Source of the DNA: a virus
Taxonomy: Duplodnaviria > Caudoviricetes
DNA length: 64,000 nucleotides
IMG/VR virus record: IMGVR_UViG_3300040811_001959
Strand: one strand, 5' to 3'
The notes beneath the pieces were generated by a model. That model saw only the letters and a program-made list of their open reading frames with translations, was not told the DNA's origin and did not search any database. Numbering within the stretch: position 1 is the stretch's first letter; the number at the start of each line of letters is the position of its first letter. The translations under genes were made by a program, and so were the position numbers. Below are positions 17,965 through 28,139 of the stretch, one piece after another.

Positions 17965-20900
17965 TATTTTTCCAATCTTTTTTCTAATTCACTAACTTTT
18001 TTAGATAATTCTTTAACAGCCTCTAATAATACAACTGTAAATTTTTGATAATCAACCTTTAAAAATCCTGTATCGCCTCTTTCAACAACTAATTCTGGAT
18101 AATATTCCTGTATCTGTTGCGCCTTAACACCAATCTCTTCTTTATCATTTTTATATAAAAACTTTTCTTTTGCCAGACCGTTCCATTTAAATTTAATGGT
18201 ATCAATGTTTGAAATTGTATCTAAAACGTTTTCAAGACCACCAGTAATGGTTTTAAGTCTTACATCTGATGTATATTCTGTGGTTATATCTCCAGTTGCA
18301 AGTATATTACCTGTTTCGCATTCTAAAAATATATTATCAACTGCTGTAGTGCTTCTTCCTACAATAGTTTTTGCAGTATCAGTACCAAAGTAGAAGCCAT
18401 ATCCATCTTCTGACTCTCTGGTTAACTGTTGCGCTTGTAATTTTGTAGTTGATACATAGGTGTCAAGATTAATGGTAACATCACCAGTTACACTACTATT
18501 AGTATTGATATTATCTCCACCAATAAATTGTATAGTTTGTCCACCTGCAACTGCTCTTACAGTAGAATCGTCTCCTGTAATTTTCCAAACACCACTACCA
18601 TCACCTACAGCAGTGTTTGAAAATTCTACTGTTTTATTGATAGCATTGAAAACTATACCTATACCAGCTCCGGCAATCCATGTAAGAGTATCATAACCTT
18701 CTGCGATTAAATCGTCTTGTGCTTCGGCTTGCCATGTACGAAAAGTGCTATGGGTAAGTGAAATTTTAACTTCTTTGTTTCCTAGATCAACAAAATCAAA
18801 ACCGCTATCTTCATCAAATTGCAATCTAACAAAATCATTTGCTGACTTTATAGGAGTATTAGTATTGTCAATTACATCAACATGGGTTCCTGAAAAAATA
18901 GTGAGCGATCCATCGCTTGCACTTTCGGTATAGACATTGTCATTACCAATAATTTTTAAGGTATCACCTGATCCAATTTCTCTTGAGATATTATCGGTAC
19001 CGGTGTAATTAAAACTGAATGTAACACCGGCTATTGCATTATCAATATATAATTGCGTAATTGAATCTGAAGATAATAATAGAGATTCAGCTGATAGAGA
19101 TTTACCAATAATGCCGTATTCTGTTTGCGTAAGAGTCAAGCTTCCATCTGCATCTAAATAATAATCTTCATTGGTAACTAATCCTGCTTGTTGATCTGCA
19201 ATTTTACCGTTAGTATACACCGGACCTATTTGCCCTGCTCCTGTGCTAGTTTTTACTATACCTATAAATTTACCAGCATTCGATTCAATTGTTGTATAGG
19301 CGGTGTCATATAAAGTACTTTGGCCTGGCCCTGAAGTGTTGCCTCTGTAGGAAATTATAATTTTATTTTTTACAGTGTCGGTAGTAATATCATTGTACCA
19401 ACTAGGATTAAAATAAATATCTTCTGGATCTAAGAAAAGGAATGTTCCTGCTGGATTAATTACGCCTGTTTGTATTTTTCCTCTACCATTGGTAGTGTCT
19501 CGGAACGCAATACAAACTCTTTTAGAATTAGATTCATATGCTGCTGATAAGTAAAGTACGTTATACTCAGCAAATGTGTACGGTAATTTCAAATCAAAAC
19601 CTGTACCAACTATGGTACCAGTTCTATATGTTCCATAATTGCTGTTATCTATGTCACGATATACGACTACAAGCCTATCATTTTCAGGAGTAGTAATGAT
19701 ATCATTATAATCACCATTATTGGCAACCACTGTTGCATCACCGATATTAACTGTAATTGTAGTAACTGTGTTAAATGATGCTGAAACCAACATTACATTA
19801 CCATTAGATCTATGATAAGCTATAATGCTTTGATTCGTGTTAGGATCATATGCCGCTCTAATATTATTGATAATGTTAGTGTCAAATATTTGTTCTGTGC
19901 CTAAACTTAGAGCACCATTTATTATTGTGCCTACAACAATTTTTCCTTGACTATTATCATTAGTATCTTCGTAGTGCAACAAAACTGATTCATCGGTTGT
20001 GTTATAAACCGCATATACCGAACCTGCTATAGCCGAATTTGGAAGATTTATAGGAGAGCGTAGATTAATTTCTGTTCCTGCAATTTCTGCTAATCTAACC
20101 TCATTGTTATACACGATTACTACAAAATCTAATTCAACATGATAGGCAACAGCGACATCAAAGACTGAGCTTGAAACCTGTTTAGGAGTTCCATAATCAA
20201 TTGTATTGTCAGCTTTTATTTGTCCTACCACAACTTTAGTATCAGACTCTGTTATATCCTTGTATACAACTATAACTTTATCTTTTCCATTAAACACAGA
20301 ATCAACATCATTAATATCATTTGCAGTAAACGTATGATCAGTATGGGTTATACTCAAGTTTTCAGTGTAAACTGCAGATACTTTTTCTATTTTACCATCG
20401 GCTCTCAGTGCAACGGTCGTACCACCACGGATGAACTCATGAAATTCAAATTGAGCATCGGCATCTTCTATACCATAACCGGATAATGTAGTTGGAGTAT
20501 TGTAAATTTTTTCCCAGGATGTTTCTGGAAATATTTGCAAATGATCTGAGTTGAGCCCTTTTCCTATTAAACCAAAGTCAGTTTTTGTTGTTGTGAAACT
20601 AGCATCTGAATTTAAATAATAGATTTGATCAAAGGTAAGTGATGTCTGATGCCTATCTACTGCTCCTCTTAGGTTAATTTTTCCAGACTGACCTGCAGGT
20701 ATGTCATCATCTGCAACGCCTATAAAACGGTTAGCATTACCATATAAATTAGACTCTGCAGAAAATAAAGTAATTTCTCCTTTATTATTGTCAACTTTGT
20801 CTCCATAAGCAATGACTGTTTTATTAGTTGTGGTATCAAAAACTGATGCCACAGCAGTGAGAGGATAACCTTGCCCGTCTGCGAAGATAAAATCAGGTTC

Positions 20901-23168
20901 AAATTCTATTGTGTTGGTAGCAGGTCTAACAATGCCTACTTTTGTGATGCCAATTTTTACAGGATCAGTTGTATTTCTTTCATATGAAATGATTACTTTT
21001 TGATTTTGATTATCAAATGATGCTGAAATTTTTGAAGTAAATCCAGTATCAAACACCACAGGAGTACCAAAATTAATATAACTACCTACAAGATATCCTG
21101 TTACCGCAGTACCTCTGCCGCTGTTACCTCCATCTGAATAACATATTACACAATGATCTGTAAAGCTATCCCATACCACTGATATATCGCTGATAGGATT
21201 ACTACTCGAAAAAATGTAATGAGGCCCTACCTGGAAACTTGTTCCTAATGCGTTCGTCCAAATTAAATTTGCATACCCTTGTCCTGTAGCTCCGTCTTGA
21301 TAAGCAAGGAGTGTGAAATCATTTGATACTGTGCCGTCACCGGGTACATTTGTAATAGAATCTATCCAGTTCATAGTTTCTGCAGGATTTACACTAAATC
21401 CTGCAAGATAAACTAAATTAATAGTTGTACCAGTAGTAGTTAATAATCTTACCTGACCTCTATTAGACTCACCCTTAAATGCTAATACTGTTACATTTGC
21501 TAGAGCATCATAACTAATTGAGTGATATAATCCTTGGAAACCATTTGAAGTTTCAACAGCAGTTCCAATAGATAGGGTATTGTTAGATGTAATTATATCT
21601 GCTGCAACAGCAAAGCCTTTGTTAGAATCGTTTACATCAGTATAGGCGAATATCAATTGATTATTAGGAATAAAATTAATAGCAGTATATGCTATTTCAT
21701 CATTAAGGATTTTATAAGATGGTCCGAAATTAATATTGTTACCTGTAATTTCTCCAATACGCACAAAACCATATCCGTCTTGGTTTTTCCATATCACAGC
21801 AATTTTATTATTATCGGAGCTGTAAGCAACATCTATAATCGATGCTTCTTCGCCAATGTCTGTAAAAACTATAGGTAATGTATTAGTAGCTGCATTTAAC
21901 GTGTCGCCACCGACAAATTCAGTTACTGGTTCTACGTTCCCATTTGAATTAACAACTACTACATCACCTTTGTTGACCGTAACTTCAGAAGTGAAGAACT
22001 TTTGGTTATCGCCTAGAGTTTCTTGAAAACTATATAAACCATTACCATCTGCTGTCAAGACTAATCCAGGTAAGACGCTAGAATCTGTATCAACATCTTC
22101 TAAAGCAGATAGTAACCCTGCTTGAAATGACTTAAAATAAAATGTTCCATTGCCTGCAGAGGTTAAGACATCGTTTGCATTAGATGTTGCTGTAACATCT
22201 TGTAGGGTTGCCAGAGTAAGAGCCGAGCTTGCACCCCAATAAAAAGAGTTGCTCGATGCAGCATATAAAACTTGTCCAGCACTTGGATTATTTGTAATCT
22301 GTAATAAATCAGTCACATTACCACTAAATGCATCAGTGATGCCATAACCAACTAATGTAGTTGGTATGTTTAATAAACTGCTAAACTCTTTATCAAATGT
22401 TGCATTGGTTATTGCATTATCAACATAAGTTTTAGTTGTAAAGTTTGCATTATTGGTAAGTTGTGTAATATTGTCTGCTGGTTGTAATGCGCTATCTGCA
22501 AGACTTCCTTGGGTAGAAGTAGCAGCATCTGTGATACCATATCCTGCAAGTGTTGTTGGTTTATTTAAAAGATTATTAAATTGTCCATTGAATGCAGTTG
22601 ATGCTAACTGATAAGGCGTTAGATCAGGTCCTTGTATCCGTATGTTACCATCTGCATCACTATAGGTTGCAATATTTCTTTCGCCTGAAATCTTAATACT
22701 GTCGGTAAGCGGTATAGAAATTATATTGCTATCATCTGCAGCAATTTTTAAATAGATGTCTTCTAATTTAACACTTACAGTAATGTCATTTGCTGAGTCT
22801 CTAATGAAAGAGATACCATATCCTTCATTTAGCTCAACATCAGTTGGCAATGATTGATCAACAATAGCAGCATAACTGGCAACTACATCAACACTATCGG
22901 GTAATGAACTCTTAACAGATAATCTGGTATTATATCCTAAAATTAATTTTTCGCCAGTTGACACAACTCGCAAACTTGTCCGACTAGGTAACACGACATC
23001 TTTTATATAATATCCGTTGTCAATAACCACGTCAACATTTACCATTAAGTTTGTGACATTAGTTAAACTTAATCCAAGTAATGTATATCTTGCAAATGCT
23101 GTTGATTCTAAGATTTGCGTATCATCTAAACCAATATTTTTTACAATTTTATTACCTATTACTGCCAT
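17964..23168 (-). CDS. Long tail fibre/spike protein with C-terminal intramolecular chaperone (peptidase S74-like)
   Basis: 1734 aa; SDVRLK...IGVKAQQIQEYYPELV...VDYQKF..LLEAVKEL; three PTTLxGYGIxDA repeats; two internally duplicated beta-rich domains. Confidence 0.9.
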   Translation of the reverse strand: MAVIGNKIVKNIGLDDTQILESTAFARYTLLGLSLTNVTNLMVNVDVVIDNGYYIKDVVLPSRTSLRVVSTGEKLILGYNTRLSVKSSLPDSVDVVASYAAIVDQSLPTDVELNEGYGISFIRDSANDITVSVKLEDIYLKIAADDSNIISIPLTDSIKISGERNIATYSDADGNIRIQGPDLTPYQLASTAFNGQFNNLLNKPTTLAGYGITDAATSTQGSLADSALQPADNITQLTNNANFTTKTYVDNAITNATFDKEFSSLLNIPTTLVGYGITDAFSGNVTDLLQITNNPSAGQVLYAASSNSFYWGASSALTLATLQDVTATSNANDVLTSAGNGTFYFKSFQAGLLSALEDVDTDSSVLPGLVLTADGNGLYSFQETLGDNQKFFTSEVTVNKGDVVVVNSNGNVEPVTEFVGGDTLNAATNTLPIVFTDIGEEASIIDVAYSSDNNKIAVIWKNQDGYGFVRIGEITGNNINFGPSYKILNDEIAYTAINFIPNNQLIFAYTDVNDSNKGFAVAADIITSNNTLSIGTAVETSNGFQGLYHSISYDALANVTVLAFKGESNRGQVRLLTTTGTTINLVYLAGFSVNPAETMNWIDSITNVPGDGTVSNDFTLLAYQDGATGQGYANLIWTNALGTSFQVGPHYIFSSSNPISDISVVWDSFTDHCVICYSDGGNSGRGTAVTGYLVGSYINFGTPVVFDTGFTSKISASFDNQNQKVIISYERNTTDPVKIGITKVGIVRPATNTIEFEPDFIFADGQGYPLTAVASVFDTTTNKTVIAYGDKVDNNKGEITLFSAESNLYGNANRFIGVADDDIPAGQSGKINLRGAVDRHQTSLTFDQIYYLNSDASFTTTKTDFGLIGKGLNSDHLQIFPETSWEKIYNTPTTLSGYGIEDADAQFEFHEFIRGGTTVALRADGKIEKVSAVYTENLSITHTDHTFTANDINDVDSVFNGKDKVIVVYKDITESDTKVVVGQIKADNTIDYGTPKQVSSSVFDVAVAYHVELDFVVIVYNNEVRLAEIAGTEINLRSPINLPNSAIAGSVYAVYNTTDESVLLHYEDTNDNSQGKIVVGTIINGALSLGTEQIFDTNIINNIRAAYDPNTNQSIIAYHRSNGNVMLVSASFNTVTTITVNIGDATVVANNGDYNDIITTPENDRLVVVYRDIDNSNYGTYRTGTIVGTGFDLKLPYTFAEYNVLYLSAAYESNSKRVCIAFRDTTNGRGKIQTGVINPAGTFLFLDPEDIYFNPSWYNDITTDTVKNKIIISYRGNTSGPGQSTLYDTAYTTIESNAGKFIGIVKTSTGAGQIGPVYTNGKIADQQAGLVTNEDYYLDADGSLTLTQTEYGIIGKSLSAESLLLSSDSITQLYIDNAIAGVTFSFNYTGTDNISREIGSGDTLKIIGNDNVYTESASDGSLTIFSGTHVDVIDNTNTPIKSANDFVRLQFDEDSGFDFVDLGNKEVKISLTHSTFRTWQAEAQDDLIAEGYDTLTWIAGAGIGIVFNAINKTVEFSNTAVGDGSGVWKITGDDSTVRAVAGGQTIQFIGGDNINTNSSVTGDVTINLDTYVSTTKLQAQQLTRESEDGYGFYFGTDTAKTIVGRSTTAVDNIFLECETGNILATGDITTEYTSDVRLKTITGGLENVLDTISNIDTIKFKWNGLAKEKFLYKNDKEEIGVKAQQIQEYYPELVVERGDTGFLKVDYQKFTVVLLEAVKELSKKVSELEKRLEK

Positions 23169-23195
23169 TTATAATCCTAATAGTTATATTTATTG

Positions 23196-24767
23196 TTACC
23201 CAAAAATTAATATTTGCAGTAAAATATCATCTTCGGCAAATTCAATTGCATTTTCTGCTTGGTTAATTCTTAAATAACCTCCTTTGAATCCTGCATAAGA
23301 ATTTGGGGTATCTATTAAAGCCCTAAAATTAGTAACACCGTCTACATTACTGCCAACAATTTGTGTGTTAAGTTTGTTGACCAATTGCTGGTAAGAAATA
23401 GATTGTAGAGTTTCATTTGCTGCATCACGATACATAAACTGATCCGCGGCATCTAAATCTGGTACTAAATTAGTTTCTGTTGTACCATCAAGGTTTGCAA
23501 TTATTTTATCATTCAAACCTAAAGTTACAAATGGACCAGTTTCGCTTGAGATCCTTTCAATACCACCATCTGGAGTGAAATCATTTGGTAAATCTGCTCT
23601 AATTAGTTCTGGATTAAATTTACGTAATTCAAATGTATTAGGAGCGGTTTCGATTGCACCTAAGAAGGTTGTCTGTAGGGCATTAGTTTCTGATTCAGTT
23701 GCAGTGCTTTGGTTAATTACTGCATCAACCGTTAAAGTAACTGCTATATTGGTTTTACCTGAACCTGTCGCATCTCCTGTTAAATTGATATTTTGATTTT
23801 CTTGCAGGTATGTATTTTCATCAATGGTAATGACAGCATCTTTTCTTACTAAGAAACCGTCTACAGTGAAATCAGATTCTTGTAATGAATCTCCATTTAA
23901 TAAAAGTTGAAATTTGGTAGGCGTATTATAAGGATTCTGCTGAAATTGTGTTTTTTCTAGGACCACATAGGTAGAAGAATCGTAAACTACAATATCGCCT
24001 TTATAATAACCTTCATAACTAGTTGGATCAAACTCTCCTACCCAATCAAAACCTTGGACGAGTAATTGCCAATCTGCATTAATTGCTCCTGTTTGATTTA
24101 CAGGTCTATTTGTAGTGGATGGAGCAATCACTACATAAGTCGTGCCATGGAATACTACGACATCACTTGTTTCATAAAGGGTGCCTGCTTGCCATTTACC
24201 CTTAGGATCTAATCTACCATCCAGTCTTTCAAACTTATCAGGATCAGTGCTTGGATTTTGTCCTACTGCTACAGTTTCAATTGCTAGCCAAATAGTGCTT
24301 TCATAGCTAATAATATCGCCAGGATCTAAATCTTGTGTGCTATTAAAATTAGGAATATAATTACCAAAACCTTTAGCTAGTACTTCCCAATATCCACTAC
24401 CTGTATATAGATCAACATTAGGGTTAGCCCTACCAATTGGAACTGTCTGTAAGGCTATAAAAGTATTAGGACCATATTGAACGATTTGATTTTTATAATA
24501 TATACGATCGGAAAGACCTGTTTGATCTTCGGACCAGGCCCCTAAAAAACTTACCCCTTCTGTTATTTGTAAAAAACTTGCTTGTCCGTTAGGAGTAGGC
24601 GGACGGTTGCCGTTGTCACTATCGTCAACTGTTACAGTTTCGACTTTTACAACATATAAAGATCCGGCAAATGTTACCGCGTCAAAAAATTCTAATTGCT
24701 GTCCATTGTAAGATTCAAAGTCGCCTTTGAAGACCATCCTTACACGGCCAAGATTTAAAGTTGCCAT
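23196..24767 (-). CDS. Tail-fibre-associated protein with carbohydrate-binding-like repeats
   Basis: MATLNLGRVRMVFKG; repeated G.W....Y...D.V.(Y/F).G..Y.....W units. Confidence 0.8.
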   Translation of the reverse strand: MATLNLGRVRMVFKGDFESYNGQQLEFFDAVTFAGSLYVVKVETVTVDDSDNGNRPPTPNGQASFLQITEGVSFLGAWSEDQTGLSDRIYYKNQIVQYGPNTFIALQTVPIGRANPNVDLYTGSGYWEVLAKGFGNYIPNFNSTQDLDPGDIISYESTIWLAIETVAVGQNPSTDPDKFERLDGRLDPKGKWQAGTLYETSDVVVFHGTTYVVIAPSTTNRPVNQTGAINADWQLLVQGFDWVGEFDPTSYEGYYKGDIVVYDSSTYVVLEKTQFQQNPYNTPTKFQLLLNGDSLQESDFTVDGFLVRKDAVITIDENTYLQENQNINLTGDATGSGKTNIAVTLTVDAVINQSTATESETNALQTTFLGAIETAPNTFELRKFNPELIRADLPNDFTPDGGIERISSETGPFVTLGLNDKIIANLDGTTETNLVPDLDAADQFMYRDAANETLQSISYQQLVNKLNTQIVGSNVDGVTNFRALIDTPNSYAGFKGGYLRINQAENAIEFAEDDILLQILIFG

Positions 24768-24770
24768 ATT

Positions 24771-26030
24771 TTATAATCCGTCTGTGAAGACAAATTCTCC
24801 ATTGTTATTAATAAATGCATTATCAGCAGAAAAATTGTCAACATGGGTCAAAATCAGATCGCCATCGTTGTCAATACTAAGATCAATGATTACTCCTAAT
24901 AAATTACCACTTCCTCCGCCGGTTCCTTGTTGATCTGTGCCAGGTACCCACTCATAACCATTCCATTTTAAGACATCACCTACTGCAACAGAACTATCAT
25001 ATGCAACATCAAATAAATCATTCAATCCACGTGCTGTGCTATCTGTATCTGGTACAAACTCATAACCGTTCCAGGTTAATGTATCTCCTACTTGGATTGA
25101 ACTGTCATAGGTCACATCAAATAAATCATTCAATCCACGTGCAGTGCTATCTGTATCAGGAACCCATTGTGTACCGTTCCAGGTTAATGTATCTCCTATT
25201 TGTATGTCAAATGTACTGTACGCAACGTCTGTTAATTGATTTAGAGTTGTGGCACCACCTCCGGTTCCTCCGCCGGTGTTGGTAATTTTTATTTGCTGGT
25301 AAGGAGAACCATTAGGATCAAGCTCTATTGCGATGCCTGTCCCTGCGACAAACTCTACAGTATCTAAACCTGTAGCAACAAGATCCTGTTGCCCTGCTGA
25401 TTTCCAATACTTAAACGTTGAGTTCATCTGGACTTTAACAATACCAGATCCTAGATCAACTACATCAAAGCCACTATCAGTATCAAACCTGATTGCTGTA
25501 ACGTCGGTTGTATTACTAATGAGTGTATTATTTGTATCAACTACGCCAACTGAAAGAGCGTTAGGTTTATCTGTTAAGTCATCCCAGCTACCACTAAACA
25601 ATGTAGGTAGATTTGTTAAGTCATTATAATCACCACTAAACAGAGTTGGTTTATCTGTTAAGTCATCCCAGCTACCAGTAAATGCATCAGTGATACCATA
25701 CCCTGCCAGGGTTGTAGGTTTATTTGTAAGATTATTAAAATCTCCATCAAATATAATTTGATTTACAAATTCTAGACCTGTTGCATCTTGTTTGACTTTA
25801 ACAAAATATCCAGCTGATCCTACATAGGTGCTAGGAGTATCTGTTAATTGTCTGAAAACTGTTGCTCCACCACCGCCACCTGCACCAAGAGGTATACCTC
25901 CTGGCGTTACTCCGTCTGATAACCGTAAATCGCCAGTATCTTCATTGTAAAAAATTGTTCCATATTCGCCAACGAAAAGATTTAAGTCAACTTTGACTAA
26001 ACCGGCTTTGATTTTACGAGTAAAATTCAT
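24771..26030 (-). CDS. Virion structural/tail-fibre protein
   Basis: GDLRLSDGVTPGG, NKPTTLAGYGITDA, three 36-aa LxDLxDV...GD.L.WNG..WVP repeats. Confidence 0.8.
   Translation of the reverse strand: MNFTRKIKAGLVKVDLNLFVGEYGTIFYNEDTGDLRLSDGVTPGGIPLGAGGGGGATVFRQLTDTPSTYVGSAGYFVKVKQDATGLEFVNQIIFDGDFNNLTNKPTTLAGYGITDAFTGSWDDLTDKPTLFSGDYNDLTNLPTLFSGSWDDLTDKPNALSVGVVDTNNTLISNTTDVTAIRFDTDSGFDVVDLGSGIVKVQMNSTFKYWKSAGQQDLVATGLDTVEFVAGTGIAIELDPNGSPYQQIKITNTGGGTGGGATTLNQLTDVAYSTFDIQIGDTLTWNGTQWVPDTDSTARGLNDLFDVTYDSSIQVGDTLTWNGYEFVPDTDSTARGLNDLFDVAYDSSVAVGDVLKWNGYEWVPGTDQQGTGGGSGNLLGVIIDLSIDNDGDLILTHVDNFSADNAFINNNGEFVFTDGL
24940..25245 (-). repeat. 108-nt (36-aa) tandem repeat, about 3 copies
   Basis: aaataaatcattcaatccacgtgc at 25011 and 25119. 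Confidence 0.85.
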
Positions 26031-26263
26031 TAGGCTATTTCATCTTCCTCTGGTTCGTCTAAGAGTTGTGCAGACACTACAGTTGGTTTACCTTGCTCTG
26101 CTTTTTTTAATTCTAATTCTTGTTGTAGCGGACTAACTAATACAGGTGGCTTATCGTCAGCTTGTGGTTCATCCTGTGCTCCTGGCATATCAATTTCAGG
26201 ATCACCGTCGCCGTTTATTTTAATGTTAATGGGTACATTAATTGTAAATTCTCTTGCTCTCAT
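26030..26263 (-). CDS. Small acidic protein, candidate head-internal protein
   Basis: MRAREF N-terminus; TAAATA at 26280-26285. Confidence 0.65.
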   Translation of the reverse strand: MRAREFTINVPINIKINGDGDPEIDMPGAQDEPQADDKPPVLVSPLQQELELKKAEQGKPTVVSAQLLDEPEEDEIA

Positions 26264-26282
26264 ACTTTACCTTTTTTAATAT

Positions 26283-27626
26283 TTATCTGTGTTCCTGCCA
26301 GGTAAGACTTCCTACAGCGTGATCATTGTTTGAGGTAGCAATTGCTGCTAGTACATAAACATCGCTGGTACCATCTAAAAATCTTCCTATTTGTTGCGAA
26401 AAGTCTACTTGACCAGAAGATATGCTCGCGGTTCCGCCTTTATTTCCACCAACAAATATACCTGTGTCTATTATTATTCCGCCTGTTAAACCAGTTCCAG
26501 TTATATCATATTCTACACTGCTGTCGGATCCTGCACTTGTCCATACTGCACCCGTTAATGTAGGATTCATAATCAATGCATATTTATAAGCAACTTGTTC
26601 TAATCCTAATAGATCATATTTAGTAGGTATCACTACACTATCTAAATTCGAAGATTTTAATCTTATAGAAATTAAAGGTCTATAAACAGTTTGTGATAAA
26701 CTTTTACCCTCTAAAGATGTGCTAGCAGATCTTGTAAAACTCTTATTTAAGTATCCTCCTTCGCTTATAACAGTGGCACAAATAGCTTTCATAGTACCAC
26801 TAGCAGCGGTTGAAGTTATTTCATATCTGCATGGAAGGGTGGCGGTTGTCATATATACCTTATCAAATATATTAGCATGATGAAATATATGGCAAGTTAC
26901 AAATTGTCCATTTAACACAAAACCTGCCCTTACAGAACCAACTCCTAACCATTCTACATCACACCACCATATTTGTGTTTTTGAAACATCTATTTCTATT
27001 CCTGTTAAATTATATTGTCCACCTTCTCCATTTAATCTATCAACATTCCAGGAAGATTGTGCAACCCTTTCACTGGTATCATCTACAACTCCGCTAGTGT
27101 TTTTCCTTATAACTAGATAGAGTTCATTATCCGACTGCTCAAAATATATACCATTTTCACTGCCAAAATACCCTACCCGTTGGCGTAACCCTACAATTGG
27201 AGCTTCCATTACAAAAGTACTCATAATTAAAAGACTCTTACCAGGTTGATATGCGAAGACCCTTTTAGTTTCTCTTATACTTTCGTCACCTGCGCCTGAT
27301 ACAGTCATATCAATTGTGCTTTCGTTTAGGACATGAGTTGATGTTGCTGCACCTGTATCCTGTTGGTCCCATAAAAATGCATCGTCCCTATACCGCATAG
27401 CACCGTCAAATAATGTATAAGGAGAGCTTACCCTTAATCTACCAAACGCATCTGAACTAGAACTTATATTTCCTGCTCCATTATAGCTGACACCTCCGAT
27501 ATTATTAACCCTTAGGACAGGCTCCCCGGAAGGACTATATTCCATTGCGTAATGCAAATTAAGAAGATGCGATTCATCTGGATGATCGTAATTTGTTGTA
27601 TTATTTGATAATCTGCTATAAGCCAT
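26283..27626 (-). CDS. Putative virion structural protein
   Basis: DAFGRLRVSSPYTLFD...YQPGKS...WLGVGSVR; beta-rich, 447 aa; start coupled to the upstream stop. Confidence 0.7.
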   Translation of the reverse strand: MAYSRLSNNTTNYDHPDESHLLNLHYAMEYSPSGEPVLRVNNIGGVSYNGAGNISSSSDAFGRLRVSSPYTLFDGAMRYRDDAFLWDQQDTGAATSTHVLNESTIDMTVSGAGDESIRETKRVFAYQPGKSLLIMSTFVMEAPIVGLRQRVGYFGSENGIYFEQSDNELYLVIRKNTSGVVDDTSERVAQSSWNVDRLNGEGGQYNLTGIEIDVSKTQIWWCDVEWLGVGSVRAGFVLNGQFVTCHIFHHANIFDKVYMTTATLPCRYEITSTAASGTMKAICATVISEGGYLNKSFTRSASTSLEGKSLSQTVYRPLISIRLKSSNLDSVVIPTKYDLLGLEQVAYKYALIMNPTLTGAVWTSAGSDSSVEYDITGTGLTGGIIIDTGIFVGGNKGGTASISSGQVDFSQQIGRFLDGTSDVYVLAAIATSNNDHAVGSLTWQEHR

Positions 27627-27847
27627 TATGCCCACGGTCTCCCTGGTAATAGTCCACCTGCATTTGGATTAGTATCTACAGGATCAGTATTATCTGCTGG
27701 ATTATAAGTTTTTGGCAATTGTGTCAAATCATAATTAGCATTTGGATATCTACCGGGCATTGCTGCCCGCTTTGCACTTGCAAGATCGAGTTTTGCTATT
27801 TGTCTATCCTTTTTTAATGGTATAGTTGAAATGCCGTTTGCTGCCAT
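27626..27847 (-). CDS. Hypothetical protein
   Basis: MAANGISTL-type start coupled to the upstream TAA. Confidence 0.65.
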   Translation of the reverse strand: MAANGISTIPLKKDRQIAKLDLASAKRAAMPGRYPNANYDLTQLPKTYNPADNTDPVDTNPNAGGLLPGRPWA

Positions 27848-28131
27848 TATGACCACCCCCTAGGATCTTTTACCCTTAAATCATCAACATGTTTTGGTCC
27901 ATTTAATCCTCCGCCTGCACCAGTTGTTACGCTGTCTATACCAGTAACAATTTCGTTAGGACTGTTTGAATAATATTGTGGTCCTCTATTTGCCAATACT
28001 GCTGCTATTTGCTCAAATCTTCTTAATTCTTCATTATCTCTAGACGGTGATTCGATATTGCCTTCTTTCGGGTCCTTGTCAAATGCGTCAATTAAATCAA
28101 GCACAGCTCTAATCATATCAGTTGTTTTCAT
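27847..28131 (-). CDS. Hypothetical protein
   Basis: 94 aa, coupled in the late operon. Confidence 0.7.
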   Translation of the reverse strand: MKTTDMIRAVLDLIDAFDKDPKEGNIESPSRDNEELRRFEQIAAVLANRGPQYYSNSPNEIVTGIDSVTTGAGGGLNGPKHVDDLRVKDPRGWS

Positions 28132-28139
28132 TCTTTTTC

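Noticed and set aside
18196-25629. Numerous short + strand ORFs within tail genes (and similar antisense ORFs at 28452-29703, 42422-43402, 55560-61706)
   Set aside because: Fully nested antisense to long, motif-bearing genes, and without RBS support.
17964-26030. Diversity-generating retroelement acting on tail fibres
   Set aside because: No reverse transcriptase and no TR/VR pair with adenine-specific mismatches seen; the repeats are ordinary coding duplications.
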